The position numbers and the translations under genes were made by a program. A stretch of 63,465 bases of DNA, filler included, from Conidiobolus incongruus B7586 (lineage: Eukaryota): NCBI GenBank assembly GCA_000697335.1. It is 7 parts of 7 records of this genome, joined end to end, with 100 filler letters (N's around TTAATTAATTAA, not from the genome) between each part and the next. Parts side by side here need not be neighbours in the genome. Positions count along the whole stretch, not along the records: positions 37,650 to 47,504 come from JNEM01006311.1; positions 47,605 to 54,362 come from JNEM01006312.1; positions 54,463 to 56,398 come from JNEM01006313.1; 4 more parts are not named here. The stretch is one strand, 5' to 3'. Under the pieces are notes generated by a model. The model saw only the letters and a program-made list of their open reading frames with translations, was not told the DNA's origin and did no database searches. Positions 41,128 to 55,049 of the stretch are shown here, in pieces (positions within the stretch are counted from its first letter, which is position 1; the number at the start of each line of letters is the position of its first letter).

Positions 41128-43449
41128 TACAAATTTCTCTTAAATTTTAAATATATAAGATAGATTAAAAATATGGTATGATGAAGAATGATGTCGATAT
41201 AAATATTAAACAATCAAAAATCAAAACATAACTATTGAAGATATCTTAATCCTTTATATATTTATTCAATAAGGTTTCAAGTTCTAAATTGTTTAATGAA
41301 TATTAGTGATGTTGGTGTTTAATGGAACATATGAAACCAAGGCATGCTAAATTGATTGGACTGAGGTCGTACTGTGATTGGAGTTTGACTTGATATTTTT
41401 TCAATGATGTGAATTGATCGACTTGATTGGAAATTTCAAACTTGATACTATTTCAATTAACTTTAATCATAATATAAAAACAATTATATTTACTGATCTC
41501 TGTTATCAAGGTTATTTGAAATACTAGTATACATGTTATTAGATTATACATTAATCAATCATATATCCAAAATATAAAAAAATTTAACTATAGGAAAGAA
41601 AAAATTTGAAATATCTTGATATATCAACCTAGTAAAACTAATTAACCAACAAATTAATCTCCAAAAAATCATTATAATTAGAAATAATAGATTTGTATAG
41701 GAGATATTTTTTGAGGTAGAATTATTCAATTTAGATAGGTATTAGTTTTATCCACAGTTACTACAATCTTTGAAAAATGTTGTAAAATGTTTCGTAAGCG
41801 AGTCCACGAATTCAATGAATTGAATAAAAAGCCCCTAAATCGTTTGTCATATATAGTTTTATATTTCAGTTAATTGGCCAACTCTTAGGAGTGACTGATT
41901 TTCCTAGTTCATTATTGGTTGATCTTATTTTTAATAAGTATTTTGTTTACATTTTATAATTATATGGTATATGTTGTTGATACGGAAATTACGAAAAATT
42001 ATTCTAATTTGTAATAATAAAGATTATTAATTTATGAACTATGTAATCTAAAAATTGATAATTTCAATAATCACGTGATCATTGGTATAGACTAAGATTT
42101 TTTAGGTTTTTTCCTTTTTTAATTATATAAATATACTGGAATCTCGATCATTTATTAAAATTTAATAAGCCATTATGTATAATTTGTAACCAGTATGTAT
42201 AATGATAACATTCAATGGATTAATCATCTAGATATTAATGAATCTTAAAATATTTTAATTTTCTAATAATATTGAATGCTAATATATAATAAAAAAATAA
42301 TAGTAATCATAATAGTATATGCACCCAATATATTTATATAATATAAATGAAATTATAATCTTGAAGTGTCAACTGATAATCATATAATATTTTCCTTACA
42401 ATAAAAAATATAAGAATTTAAACAACTAAAATTCACTTCAGCTTCTATTTTGAGAAATTAGTATTTTCCAAAAATTACTACTCAAGTAAGTATAATTTAA
42501 TACAATGAAAAATTCACTATTTTAATAATATAATTACAACAGATGAAGTTATATTCAATAGGAATATTTTTATATAATAATTTAATAATACCATATTGAT
42601 TTTGACAAACATAACAATGTTCATTACGATAAATATTGAAAGAATCAAATTTCAAATCAAATTAATTATTTCCTTTCCTGAATGAAACTCAAACCATTTA
42701 TAATCATATAGTCATAATTTATAATTATATGGTGGCTATTTGACTGTTTCATAGCTCACTAAATTTGAAATTATAAAATCATTATTTCAAATATATTTTG
42801 AATCATATTTAAATTAATTTTGATATCGCAATAATTTATGTTTCTGTTAAATTTCAAATAATTGAATATATACAATTATAGAACATTTGTGTTGATAAAA
42901 TGAATCATGTTGATAATATTATTGAGAGAAATTGAAAAATAATAATTATCGAAAATAAAATACTTTGTAGTATTCAAAAAAAATTCGATCCGATGTAGAT
43001 CAAAATGAAATAGAAAAACTAATCACTGAATGTTTAATACATACGCATAGTATGATTTTGATATGTCCAATATTCATGTAACATTTTATAATTTGCATTA
43101 TCCTTGAAAATTGATTATATACTTAGAAAAATGATATAAAATAACATTTCTGGTTCAAATTATAAATAATTTACAGTATTAGCATATTTATGCTTCGGAT
43201 ATTGGATAATTGAATTCAAAAGTAATTATTGCATACAAAAAATTCAAACTATATTTTCATCAAATATCATAAATAAATATTTTGAATGTAAAATTAAATA
43301 TCGTTTTGATAAATATGCCCAAAATATATTTTGATGTTATAATTTTAGATACTATGCTGTTTAACAATTTATTGATTATTACCTGATTGGAATACTAAAA
43401 TAGATACAATTGTTATTACATACAGAAAATATTCTCTTATTAATACCAT

Positions 43450-43786
43450 TATTTCAGTGCTGGCCGCTAACAGTGGATTAAAAAGTAGCTGAGGCAAGTA
43501 AGTTATTATTATTATTAAGTGACAGCACTAGATCAAAGGCTATATTGAGAAGATGGAAGGAAGTTGTTATCTTATGAGAGATCCACTGACCTCGCATGGA
43601 TAGACTTATGACATCTGTTCTTTTCTACTGTAATTGTTTGTTAAAGACGGCGTCTAGAGGTGAGATATGACTTCTAGAGAATGAGACTCTCAGAGTAAAG
43701 TGATGTGCCTTCCGGGGTAACATCCTCGTAAGGAAATATATGACAAGGCAGAGATGCTCGAGCGAGATACCATCTAGGTAACCACA
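43450..43786 (-). mobile_element. Solo LTR, family A (337 bp), degenerate
   Basis: Reverse complement begins TGTGGTTACCTAGATGGTA and aligns by eye to 20794- (shared TATT.CCTTA.GA.G, CATTCT.CTAG, ACAATT, AAAAGAAC...TGTCA). 4-bp CCAT at 43446-43449 and 43787-43790; left terminus reads TA instead of TG. Confidence 0.65.
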
Positions 43787-44501
43787 CCATTTTAAACAGC
43801 AGATATTCAATTTCATTATCAATTCAATTTGTTTTGGAATATATTATGTTATCATTTGTACTTAATATTTTAATACAAAATTGAGATATTGTTTCATTAT
43901 TTCTTTTATATTATTGTTCATTTTTACTCCTATAATATATTACTATATTAACTTGATTTGATAATGTCACTTTAACATTTAGCATAATTTTTTTAATTAT
44001 CGAAAAACTATATTTTAAAAAAATTCATATTGCATAAATATAGTTTGAAAATTCAAATTTATTAAATTTGGTTCATAATATTTTGATAATTTTCGGGAAT
44101 CTTTTTAAGTAAAAAAAGAATTTAATAAATTATTGAGGTGAATATTAATTAATTTATATATTGAGCCAATCATTTGATCACCTGACATCAAGTTAAATAG
44201 TAATTTATCAATGTTTGAATTGCCCGAAAATTTTTTAGCAGGGTTAATTAAAATAATGAAAATATGAAATATACCTATTTAATGCTATACCTAATATTAG
44301 AAAGACTAAATTTGAACCCTTTATATGGATAACTAGATAAAACTTTGCTATTATGCAATACCTAATCCTTAAATATCATTAATTTTTTTGAATTATTGCA
44401 TTCTGAAACAATATTATATTTTTATATAAATAATTAAAAATGTTTGTGAAAAATGTATATTTAATAGGTATTCTTGTAAATTCGAGTATTGAATTTTTGA
44501 T

Positions 44502-45578
44502 ATGTTTTTGAATAAGAAGCCAAAATACTCGGTTGAAATTCAACTTGATGATGACGTGGTTTACTTGAATGGTGGGGTGGATTTTGCAGAAAGCACATTT
44601 ATTAAAGGCATGGTGGTAGTGAAATCGTCATCAAATAATTATCCTCGGCTACCAATAACAATGCACCTCAGTTTTATTTCTAATATGTATATCATTCCTC
44701 AGGATCTTTTTGGTATTAATAACGAAGTAATTCTTTATCGAAATGATTGGAAATTTAAATGTAATTTCGATTCAAATACAAATTTCAAAATATTCAAGTT
44801 TGGTTTCATTGCAAAATTACCTGGGAATATCCCTGCAACTATCGATTTAGAAGATTTTGGTATTACTCACAAGTTTAAATTATTTGAAAAAAATAGGATC
44901 AGTTATAATACACTTACAACAAAGGACATTGCAATTTATCGATTGATGTGTGCTCCAAAGAATCAATTTTTATCAATACATTCATGTATAGCGCCTGTTT
45001 TGAAAAATGTTAATGGAAAACTTAGAGGAAAGGGAATATATGATCTAAAATATCCTCATATCTGGAATAGTTTTGAAAACCACATGCCTATAAAGTTAAC
45101 AATTAGCCTTAAATCGATATTTCGAATCATTTCGATTAGCTATTCCATTAAACAAATAATCAACAAAAATTGGCTGCATAGACAAGGATTAGTGAGTCAA
45201 ACTTATTATAATTATCAATTAAGCACACTAAATGCTTACAAAGATTTTTCGCAAGAAAGTGATATTAGTGATGATATAAATTTTCACAAAGCAAAACATA
45301 TTATATCTAATAATGGTTTTATTACTCTCAACCTATCATCTAAGCTGATTCCTTGTGAAGTTAAACAGAGAAAATTTAGTCAATTTACTAGTGAGAATAA
45401 GGAGTTTGTAGTTTATCATTATTTATTAATTCAAGTCACAGTGTTAGACTTAACAAACGATACCTCACAACAAGAAATTATTCGCTGTCCTTTAACTATC
45501 CAACCTCGCATCGTATTCCAAAACTCTATATCACAATTACCTCCACTTCCAAGTTATGAAGAAGTCGTTTGCACTTAA
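44502..45578 (+). CDS. Divergent arrestin-fold (alpha-arrestin-like) protein with C-terminal PY motif
   Basis: VEIQLDDDVVYLNG...FIKGMVVV, F-x-LPGNIPAT, V.HYL.I.V, ending LPPLPSYEE (L/PPxY). Intronless. Confidence 0.6.
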   Translation: MFLNKKPKYSVEIQLDDDVVYLNGGVDFAESTFIKGMVVVKSSSNNYPRLPITMHLSFISNMYIIPQDLFGINNEVILYRNDWKFKCNFDSNTNFKIFKFGFIAKLPGNIPATIDLEDFGITHKFKLFEKNRISYNTLTTKDIAIYRLMCAPKNQFLSIHSCIAPVLKNVNGKLRGKGIYDLKYPHIWNSFENHMPIKLTISLKSIFRIISISYSIKQIINKNWLHRQGLVSQTYYNYQLSTLNAYKDFSQESDISDDINFHKAKHIISNNGFITLNLSSKLIPCEVKQRKFSQFTSENKEFVVYHYLLIQVTVLDLTNDTSQQEIIRCPLTIQPRIVFQNSISQLPPLPSYEEVVCT

Positions 45579-47373
45579 CTATTCATACTATTATTTAATA
45601 TTTATAGAATAATAAAATACTAAATTGTAAATGTATTAAATTTTTAAAATTTAATATATTTAAGCATTAATATTTTATTTCATATTAATTTAGGGCAAGT
45701 AGTTTACTCTCTATCATGTATTCCAAGAAAATATCGTACTGAAACATAATATTATATTTCAATAATTTATTTCACTTATGCTATTCGATTCAAATTTTTA
45801 CTGATCACATTATCCATTTGTACAAAAGAAGATCAACTTAGAATCCTACATGATATAATTTACATGATTTTCAAATGATAATAATTTCTATTGATTATTT
45901 TATATAACTTATATATTCAATTTTGATAAAATATCAATCCAGAATATATTGTTCTATATTGTACAAAAATTTATCATCATACAAATTGTGATAAAATTAT
46001 AAAATAATATCAAGGATGTTATTTTAATTCAACATCCAATAAGCTTCAATAGTATTTCATATTTTATAATGATTTTTTAGTTGATATGTTTGGATTTATT
46101 AAAATATTTTGGTGCAATATAGAGGATTTTATACTATAATCATAATCGCATTTTAAATATCATATAATGGTGCTCCAATATTGAAAAGCCATCCAAAAAA
46201 TAAACTATTATATTAGAATTGAATTTACAGTTTGCAAATATCATAAGAATTAATAATAATATAAATAAATAGATTAACTTATCTAAATATTTTTGACATT
46301 GGCAAATCTAAATATATAATAATATTTAACGATTTGTTTTTATTTTCCAGTTTAGATTTACAAATATATTGGTTCAATTTTGTTTTGAAAATGTCATTTT
46401 ATATATTATTATGTTCTTTTCAATATAAAATAATATATGAATCGGACTGCGATCATGGCTTTTTTAAAATATATGTATCTTGAACAATTCTGCATAAAAA
46501 AGGAAATCAAAAAATTTAATATACTTAACTTCAGGTAATATTTGGGTTATATTTTTTATTAAATATGTATAATTATTATACTTTAGATTCACTAACAGCT
46601 CAAGTAATTCAATTTTTATACTTAGTAATTGGTTTATATATAGTTGTTTTCAAACTTGTAAATAGAGTAGTTGTAAAAATTAGATATATATTTAAGTTCT
46701 GAATAGTATTATTTAATACAAAGTATTGAACAATTTTTTTCCATAATTCAATTTAAAATTTAAATATTTCAAAAATCTAATACAAACAAAATGATTCAAT
46801 TATTAGAATTATAGGAGTGTTCAATTTTGAATCATATGTAAATTAATGATGATTAATCTGTATAATAGAGAATAATCAATATATTTATTATAAAATTTCT
46901 AATTTTTACAAGTTTTTATCAAATTTTAAAGAAATTTATTCTGCTATGTAATTTGTAATCTTATGAAATTTAAATATTATTTATTAAAATAAGATGTTAT
47001 TATCAATAGGGCCAATATAAACTAGTGCATATTTTATATGATTTATCAATCATAATAAATATTTTACGTATCCACTGTATCTCCATAAGCAGATGGTGTA
47101 TCAAAATTAATCTCCAAATGATTCGTGCTGAGACGAGGGAGAAAAGATAATGTATCTTCTAGTCTGTGTCATTCCTCAAGCCTACCACATTCAGCTGCAC
47201 CAATAAATAATGACTAACTTGAAACTCGCAACTCCCACTCGTAAGTTGACAAAATTTAAATTTATTTAGATTTCTAAGAGTAAGCTTCGAGAATAAACTC
47301 AAGATCAACAAATCATCTTTTGATATATTCTTCTTCTGTTCACTCCTTTTTATTGAATCAGAATTTTATATTA

Positions 47374-48179
47374 TTACCTTGAATTTGAAATAATGGGAAA
47401 TTTTTTAATTTCCGATTTTTCAAACATATTATTAGTTTGAAATGAATAAATATATACAAAGTTAATAGGAAATTATATATTTTTAATATATATATATATA
47501 TATANNNNNNNNNNNNNNNNNNNNNNNNNNNNNNNNNNNNNNNNNNNNTTAATTAATTAANNNNNNNNNNNNNNNNNNNNNNNNNNNNNNNNNNNNNNNN
47601 NNNNTCCACAAATCCCTTTAAATAAGCACTTTGTTAATAAGCGAATGTTAATTATTGCAATGGATTATAATGGTATATGCTATTCTTATTTAGTTCCTGA
47701 AGGAAAATCAATTAATAGTAAACTATATATTGCTTTTTTAAATAAAAGTATTTCTAATTGGTGTTCTCAATATAATTTGAGAAGACCTATTATTTTGCAT
47801 GATAATTGCAAAATACACAAATCTAAAGCTGTAAAAAACTTTCTAATTAAAAATAACTGGAAAGAATTACCACATCCAGTATATTCCCCTGATTATAACC
47901 CATGTGATTATAATTGCTTTGGGCAATTAAAAAACCAGCTTGCAGGAAAGAAAATTTCTGCAGGAAAATTTAATTGGTTTGTGAAACATCAAATTTCAGT
48001 CCTTAATAAAAAGAACTGTTTTTTAGGTGTTAGAAGTTTGCCAAAAGTATGGCAAAAAGTTATTAATAATAAAGGAAACTATTAAATTTATATTATATAT
48101 TTATTTTTATATATCATATATTCAAATGTTTATTTATTTTTAATCGCAAAAAATTCCCATTATTAAAAATGCAGAGTAA
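47374..48179 (+). mobile_element. mariner (DD34D) DNA transposon spanning a gap
   Basis: TA-flanked imperfect TIRs: left TTACCTTGAATTTGAAATAATGGGAA, right (reverse complement) TTACTCTGCATTTTTAATAATGGGAA, with a transposase fragment between them. The two halves lie on different contigs. Confidence 0.7.
47606..48085 (+). CDS. mariner transposase, C-terminal catalytic fragment
   Basis: ILHDNCKIH ... LPHPVYSPDYNPCDYNCF: 34 residues between the 2nd and 3rd catalytic Asp (DD34D). LPKVWQKVINNKGNY terminus; frame open back to the gap. Confidence 0.88.
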   Translation, partial: PQIPLNKHFVNKRMLIIAMDYNGICYSYLVPEGKSINSKLYIAFLNKSISNWCSQYNLRRPIILHDNCKIHKSKAVKNFLIKNNWKELPHPVYSPDYNPCDYNCFGQLKNQLAGKKISAGKFNWFVKHQISVLNKKNCFLGVRSLPKVWQKVINNKGNY

Positions 48180-51100
48180 TAATAAGTTTCAACTGTGTAT
48201 GCGTTTAATGCATCTAGTTGGTAATTATAATGAAATTAACATATTAGCCCATATCGATTTATATATCCATACTGATTTTTTGTCTTATTGAGCAGGTTGT
48301 GGAAGAAACCTGTGTGTTGATTTCAATATTGTATATAAAGGCATATCCTTTTGATCTTTGAAACTACATCATATAAGGCTAAATTAGAGCATATCCCACT
48401 TCCACGCTAACTTTTCCTTTGATTTTTGTTATTTTTAGTATCATTTGAGCATCCTCGATCAAATATCCACGGTTTGGAATGCGCTCCAATCTGAACTATA
48501 CCCTGCTTAGAGTGTGCGTATTCCTTGATATTCTTTTTAATAGCTTTGGGCTAGTAAAAAAAATGCTAATATTCTTATATAGATGCTCGCTCTTAAATCA
48601 TCAGGTAATTTAACAGTGAATAGAACGCTAAACAGATTAAATTTTTTACTAACCTTCATATCAGATTTAAAATTATATTAATTACAATATAATCTTATAT
48701 CGATTTAAACCTAAAGATGTTTTGAATCAATATTCAAAAAAGGTAGGAAACTAAAATAAATAGTAATTGAGAAACTGGGATATTTGTTCAAAAATGGCAT
48801 GAATTTGACAATATCTCAAAGATTCACACTTTTAGCTTTATTGGCATTTCAATTTTCAACTTGAGTAACTGGATACTTGGATTTATAAATCAAAAGCATG
48901 GATTCAATAAGTGTTAGTCAAATGTCAAAGTTTTTAAAAAATACGACATAATATTAAATATCCCAACCTTCATATGATATATTTATATTGAATTATTGGT
49001 TTAAATGAGGTAATTAGATCAAGGTGTATTCCTAATCCTTTTTATCCTGAATATCAATACTAACTTGGACTTCATTTAAATTCAAATAATTTCAAACTTA
49101 CTAATTAAAAATATAATAAAAAATGAAAAATTGAAATTAATTTTAATGGAACATCTATTTATCTATATGATAATTGAGAATGAATATTTTATTAGTAAAT
49201 TAATTATCATTGATACAATCTTGTTATATATATTACAATTATCTTTTATGTTATTTGAAAGGTTAAAAAAATTTTATACATTAATACTATTTAAATTATC
49301 ATTTTTTATGAATCATATGAAAATATTTGTAAAAATATGAAGAGGGTTTAAATTCTTTAGGTTTAAAATAAGTTAAAAAAGGATTCAGGTTGAGAGTATA
49401 TTTAAGTATTGTTATTCTAATTAAATCTCTAAGGCCAAAGATGAAAGCTGGTTTTAATTTTTTGGTTATTGAATTTTACTGATATTATTAGATAAAGATT
49501 AGATTAATTTTTGCATTTAAACTTTCCAAAGTTGATCAAATTTATCACGCTTGTTCAAGTCCTATATAATTCTCATAGACCCCAAAGAGGTAACACCTAC
49601 CACAAATCCTACAAGACTGGCTTAATTGAATGATAGATAGTAAAGGAGTATGTTTTTTAAAGTGTTGGTGCCTTGATCCATTTTTTGAAAATGTTATTGA
49701 TGTTTCAAACCTTATTTAAACTAAGTTATATATATTTATAATAATTTTAATTTCTATCTAAACAATATTTGTTATAAATGATTACATTCACCAAGAGAAT
49801 TTTTGTGTGCTATATTAAGTAAACCCTATTAAAATCTATAATATGACCATCCCAAAATTAATGTTAAATTGTTAGTTTTAATATAGCTATTGATATTTTT
49901 ATAACTATTTGAATCTTATACTAAAAAAATAACAGAATATCATAATATTCAGAATTTAATATTGTTTTGTATTTTTTATATTATTTCAAATTACTTTAAT
50001 CTTACAATTTTATAACAATTTTATATTGTTTTCTATAGTTATATTATTTAACTTATTTAAAAAAGTTTAATAATTATATTAAAAATAATAAATTTGCCAA
50101 TTTTTAATTTTGTTAAAACAAGCTAACCGATATTAGACAATAAAATCAAACAACTGAATTACTTTTAATTAAAAATTCAATTAAATGTATTCCTAATTAT
50201 AACAATATAGAAGTATTATAACTTATAAATCCTTTTATTTTAATAATTGTTATAATTCATTTTTTGAGGATAATTTAATAATTTTTATTCAATGATAAAA
50301 AATATTATATGAATTAAAAACTTCATTCTATTAATATTAGAACTTAATAGTGAACTATTTGAATTTGTTGATTTTTATTTTTATATTATTTTCCCCTTAT
50401 TTTATTATATATAGATATCAATATTCTTTATATAAAAATACTTATTTTTCAAAAAATCAAATTTGGATACCTTCATATAATATTTTATTTATTTTGAATA
50501 TTAATTATATATTTAACTATAATTATAACATTTTTTGAGCAATATTTAATTATATTAGTAATTTGATTGAATTAATAATTATGATTATATTTTGTTTTCT
50601 AGTTATTGATTATTTTTCGTTTATAATAGTAATGATAATTTTTTCCTGAAATATATTAATTTTTCTATTAACTATAATTAATTGTCAATATTATCGACTA
50701 TTTATTGATATATCAAGAATTTTAATAAATTTCATTGATATGTTATTTTTCAATTATGGCCATGAATTCAAATCTTTATTAATATTATACTTAATATTTA
50801 TTGTTATCAAATTTACTATTTAAAGTTTAATATCACCAATAGTTTGCAAATTTGATTGGTTACAATATTATGAATAACCAATATTTAAACACGTGGTTTT
50901 TGATTTTTATAAAATATATATAATTTATGTTAGGTTTAATAAACCTATTAAAGTATATATACTTTGCTCTCATACTGCTTTTTTAATTACTAATTGTAAT
51001 AGTAATTTAAACAAATCAAGGTATTCTAATTTTCTATCTTATTCTCATTGTTTATTTCATGTTTATGAATATTGAGTTTTAGATTTTGGTCACTTTTTAT

Positions 51101-54100
51101 ACTAAATATTATTATAAAGCAATTGTAAATTATAACAAAGGTATTTATGTTTATTTTTATTATGCTATTTTCTTAGATCTGTTAACTAGAAGATATTAAA
51201 TTTTATATTAATTATTTCAGAAATTATATAAAGAAATTACAATCTATTATAGGATATCTTATTGATATTGATGATAATAGTTTCAAAAATAATTTATTAT
51301 TAAAGTTATTCTAATAATGACTTAAAGCCAAGGTAGTGGTAAATATTTTTTAATTTAATATCCTAAATGAAAATTTATTTAAGAAACTTTATTGTGAAAT
51401 ATTTGATTTATTATCCAAAGTTTAATTTTTGATATTTGGACAAAACTCTTGAATAGCATATTTTATTGCTGAATCTTACTTTTTTATATATTATTCAATG
51501 ACTAAATAAGATCGAATAATTCTTGAATTCACCTGAAGTTTGTATAATTCTAACTTTTATGATTTTTCTTAATATTTAGAATTGCTTGATAAAATTCCAA
51601 TTTTTATATCTTAAAGGCTAGAATGTAGTCAGAATTGTTTGTATTTGAATAATCAACATAATAATTTGCTATAATCTAATTAGCTTGAGATCAACTATTA
51701 TTGCAAAATAATATCCAATCATTAATGTATCATGTGATATTCTACCTAGGCCTTGAATAAATGATAGATGTGCTCAAAACCAATGAAAATTTCGGGAACG
51801 GTGGAGTATAAAAATTATTCAACGATAAATATATGTTAAAGACGAAATTTAAGCATTGGTTTGAATTTAATACTTACTTTAGTTCTTGATATTTTAAGTT
51901 TTAAATGTTACAACTAGAGTATTAGGGTATTAAGAGCATAGAACTAATTATAAGATGTATTATAATTGTCAAATATAACGCGTACCTATATTACCTACTA
52001 TAACTTGTAAGCAAAACTGAAAACGAGTTACTCTAAGTGATAAAAGGACAAAGGCCAGAATCAGAGAAACGTTATTAGGGTTTGAATAGTTTGATACTCA
52101 TGAATTACTTATGGCAGGAAAAGTTAAGAGTTTTTCTAGATGAAAGAGTAATTTGCTAGGGTTTGGGCGAGTTTTGGCTAACTAGAAGATTACAATTATA
52201 TCATGAAAGTTTAGCTTTGGATTTCAACACAGTATATTTATGAAATAACTATGATAAAATTTTATTTTAAAACAAAACAATGTTTTAAAAAAATTTAAAG
52301 AATTTCCGAAATGAAAAATATTAATATTGATTTAATATAGTCAAATTTATAAGTACAAAATAGTATTAATTTCATTTCCCTACTCAGATCTTTTGAAATT
52401 ACATATTCGACAATCAATCTGTTTATTAATCAAAGAAATTACTTTTGCCAGCAAATATAAATTTATACTATGAATTTATTCAAACAACATAGTTCAACGA
52501 TAAAACCTGATTAACATTTCAAATTTTCATCCATTGTTTTAGGTCACTAAAGTATAAAAGCGTATTATACTTCACTAATAATCATTTACACGGTATTATT
52601 ACTTTCCTAATTATGGAATAAATATTTCAAAATTAATGATCAAAAAAGGTAATGAATATAATGAATTAATTAAAACAACATTTTCCATTTAAAATGAAAT
52701 AGTAATACTAATTGACTACATTCTTTGAAATTTTCAATTTACTAAAGCGGTTAAAATTGAATATTAAATTCCGCAATATCATGCTTTAAAAAAGACCTTT
52801 TGTAATAGACAATATTTAATAATATTGTAGTACTAATATATAAATATTAATATAACATTATTTATTAACTCATTTGATGCAATCTAGCAATTGGTAAATA
52901 GCAATCAATGTGCTGCATTTCAAAATTAACTGTCAATTTCAATTTGATAGTTTAGTCAATACTATTTGTCAGTGCATAATTAAAGGATACTCTTTGGTAG
53001 TATAACATTCTCTGGATCAACTATTTAAATAGTTCTTTAATAAACAATATAATAAGAACCATATTTACTGAAAACACTTAATATAAAACAAAATAAATGT
53101 AATATTGAGCATATTTGTTAAAATTAAATGGCATTGTCAATTTTGATTACGATTACCCATAAATAATCAATCTCATATGAGTGCTATTTAAAGTAATAAA
53201 TGGCTTATTAATATAATACATGAATATATAAGAGTTAAATTGTTTAATTTATTAGAAATTTTAATTTTACAAACAATTTACTGTAGATAATACAATATAT
53301 TAATAAGTTACTTGATATTATTGAATTAAATATTATAATTTTTCAAATTATAATTAATTACCATTATATATATATATATATTCATTTATAATAAATTTTT
53401 TATTAAAATATTTTTATATTAAATTTTATAATTAAATTTAATAGTATTTAAACTAAATAGTGATTATAAAAAGGCATTTATTTCTATATTCTTAAAACTT
53501 AACCATAAACCCATTAAAATCATTTAAATTTTATAAATAACTTATAGAGATAATATTTTATCTAAAATGACCATATATAATTAGATTTGTGATTTTAAAG
53601 CTAAAAAAGACATTATTTAAAATCTATCAAAATCTAAATGACTAATTTTTATTATTATTTTTTAATTTATTAATAAATTTAAAAAATATATTAATAAATA
53701 TTTTTTTTATTTTAATTGAAGAGATATTAATATAGTTTAATATTAATTATATTAATATAATATATTTTCTTAAATTGAAACTTAGATTAATAAATAGAAA
53801 TATAAAACAATTATCTTATAATTTCATTAAAACCTAAAAAAATTAAAATAATAATAAGAAAATTAAATATATTAAGGTATAATAATAAACAAAGGTTGTT
53901 ATAACAAATATATATAATTAATAAATTTTATATTCTTTTATAACATCTTCTATTTAAAAATAAAACATGCTATTAAGTTAAGCAAAATTTATCCTTTATA
54001 TAAATTTTAATCAATAAATATTTTCAATAAAAACCAATATTAAATTTTATAATCAATTATAACTATGTATGGTTTTTTTGTTTAATATCTCAAAAAAATT

Positions 54101-55049
54101 AATTAATAATAAACTTTATATTTTTTTATAAATAGAAACAATTTTCAAATAATATTCTAAATATATATTAAAAATATTTATTATTTTATATATAATTATA
54201 TATTAAATAAAACTAAAGCGATAATAATTTTTTTATATAAAAAAATTCAAAAGAGGAATTATATATAATATATTGGTTGATTATAACCTAAATAATTATA
54301 TTTGTTTTAGATAATTAAAAAATTAATTTTTTTGAAAAAAAATTCTTATAAATAGAATTAATNNNNNNNNNNNNNNNNNNNNNNNNNNNNNNNNNNNNNN
54401 NNNNNNTTAATTAATTAANNNNNNNNNNNNNNNNNNNNNNNNNNNNNNNNNNNNNNNNNNNNTTTATATTTTAATTATTAAATATATAAATTAAAAATAA
54501 TTATAGATTTTTATCAATTATATTTTTATATAATATTATATTATAATCTTTAAAGTTTGAAATATATATTTATATAGTTTAGTAAAAAATAATTAAAATA
54601 ATATTAATTTTAATTCCTTAAATAAATTTCAAAAATTTTTATAAATATGATGGTAAAATTACTGATATAGTATATAGGAAGACTTAATATAAAAGTAGTG
54701 TGGCATAGAATATAGTAATACAATGTGGAAAAGTAAACAAAGTTTAATTAAGCTTCAAATTAAGATAAGTCACTAATATATTGAGATCTATATTAGGTAG
54801 TGTTAATATACTAAAATATTAATAAAATATAGTCTAAATTTTAAAAATAATATAAAAATAAGAAATAATAAAAATTAATAAAAAAAAGAAACCTAGTTTA
54901 TTAGATAGTTTAATATTATTTATATAATTAATATAGCCATAAAAGTATAAATTAATTATATAATTTATAGTTATTTAAATAATAAAAATATATATATAAG
55001 TATTTAAAAAATTAACCTCTTATTAATTCTTTGATAAGTCACTTAAAAA

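Noticed and set aside
48182..48560. Broken minus-strand frame (IKEYAHSKQG...WIFDRG), possibly an older MULE/FAR1-like relic interrupted by the mariner
   Set aside because: Similarity too weak to support without a search.
17815..51075. Short AT-rich ORFs 17815-18009, 24110-24337, 31933-32151, 36108-36302, 43625-43822, 49131-49340, 50350-50538 and 50893-51075
   Set aside because: I/F/Y/N/K-biased chance frames or LTR-internal frames, mostly with non-ATG starts and no motifs.
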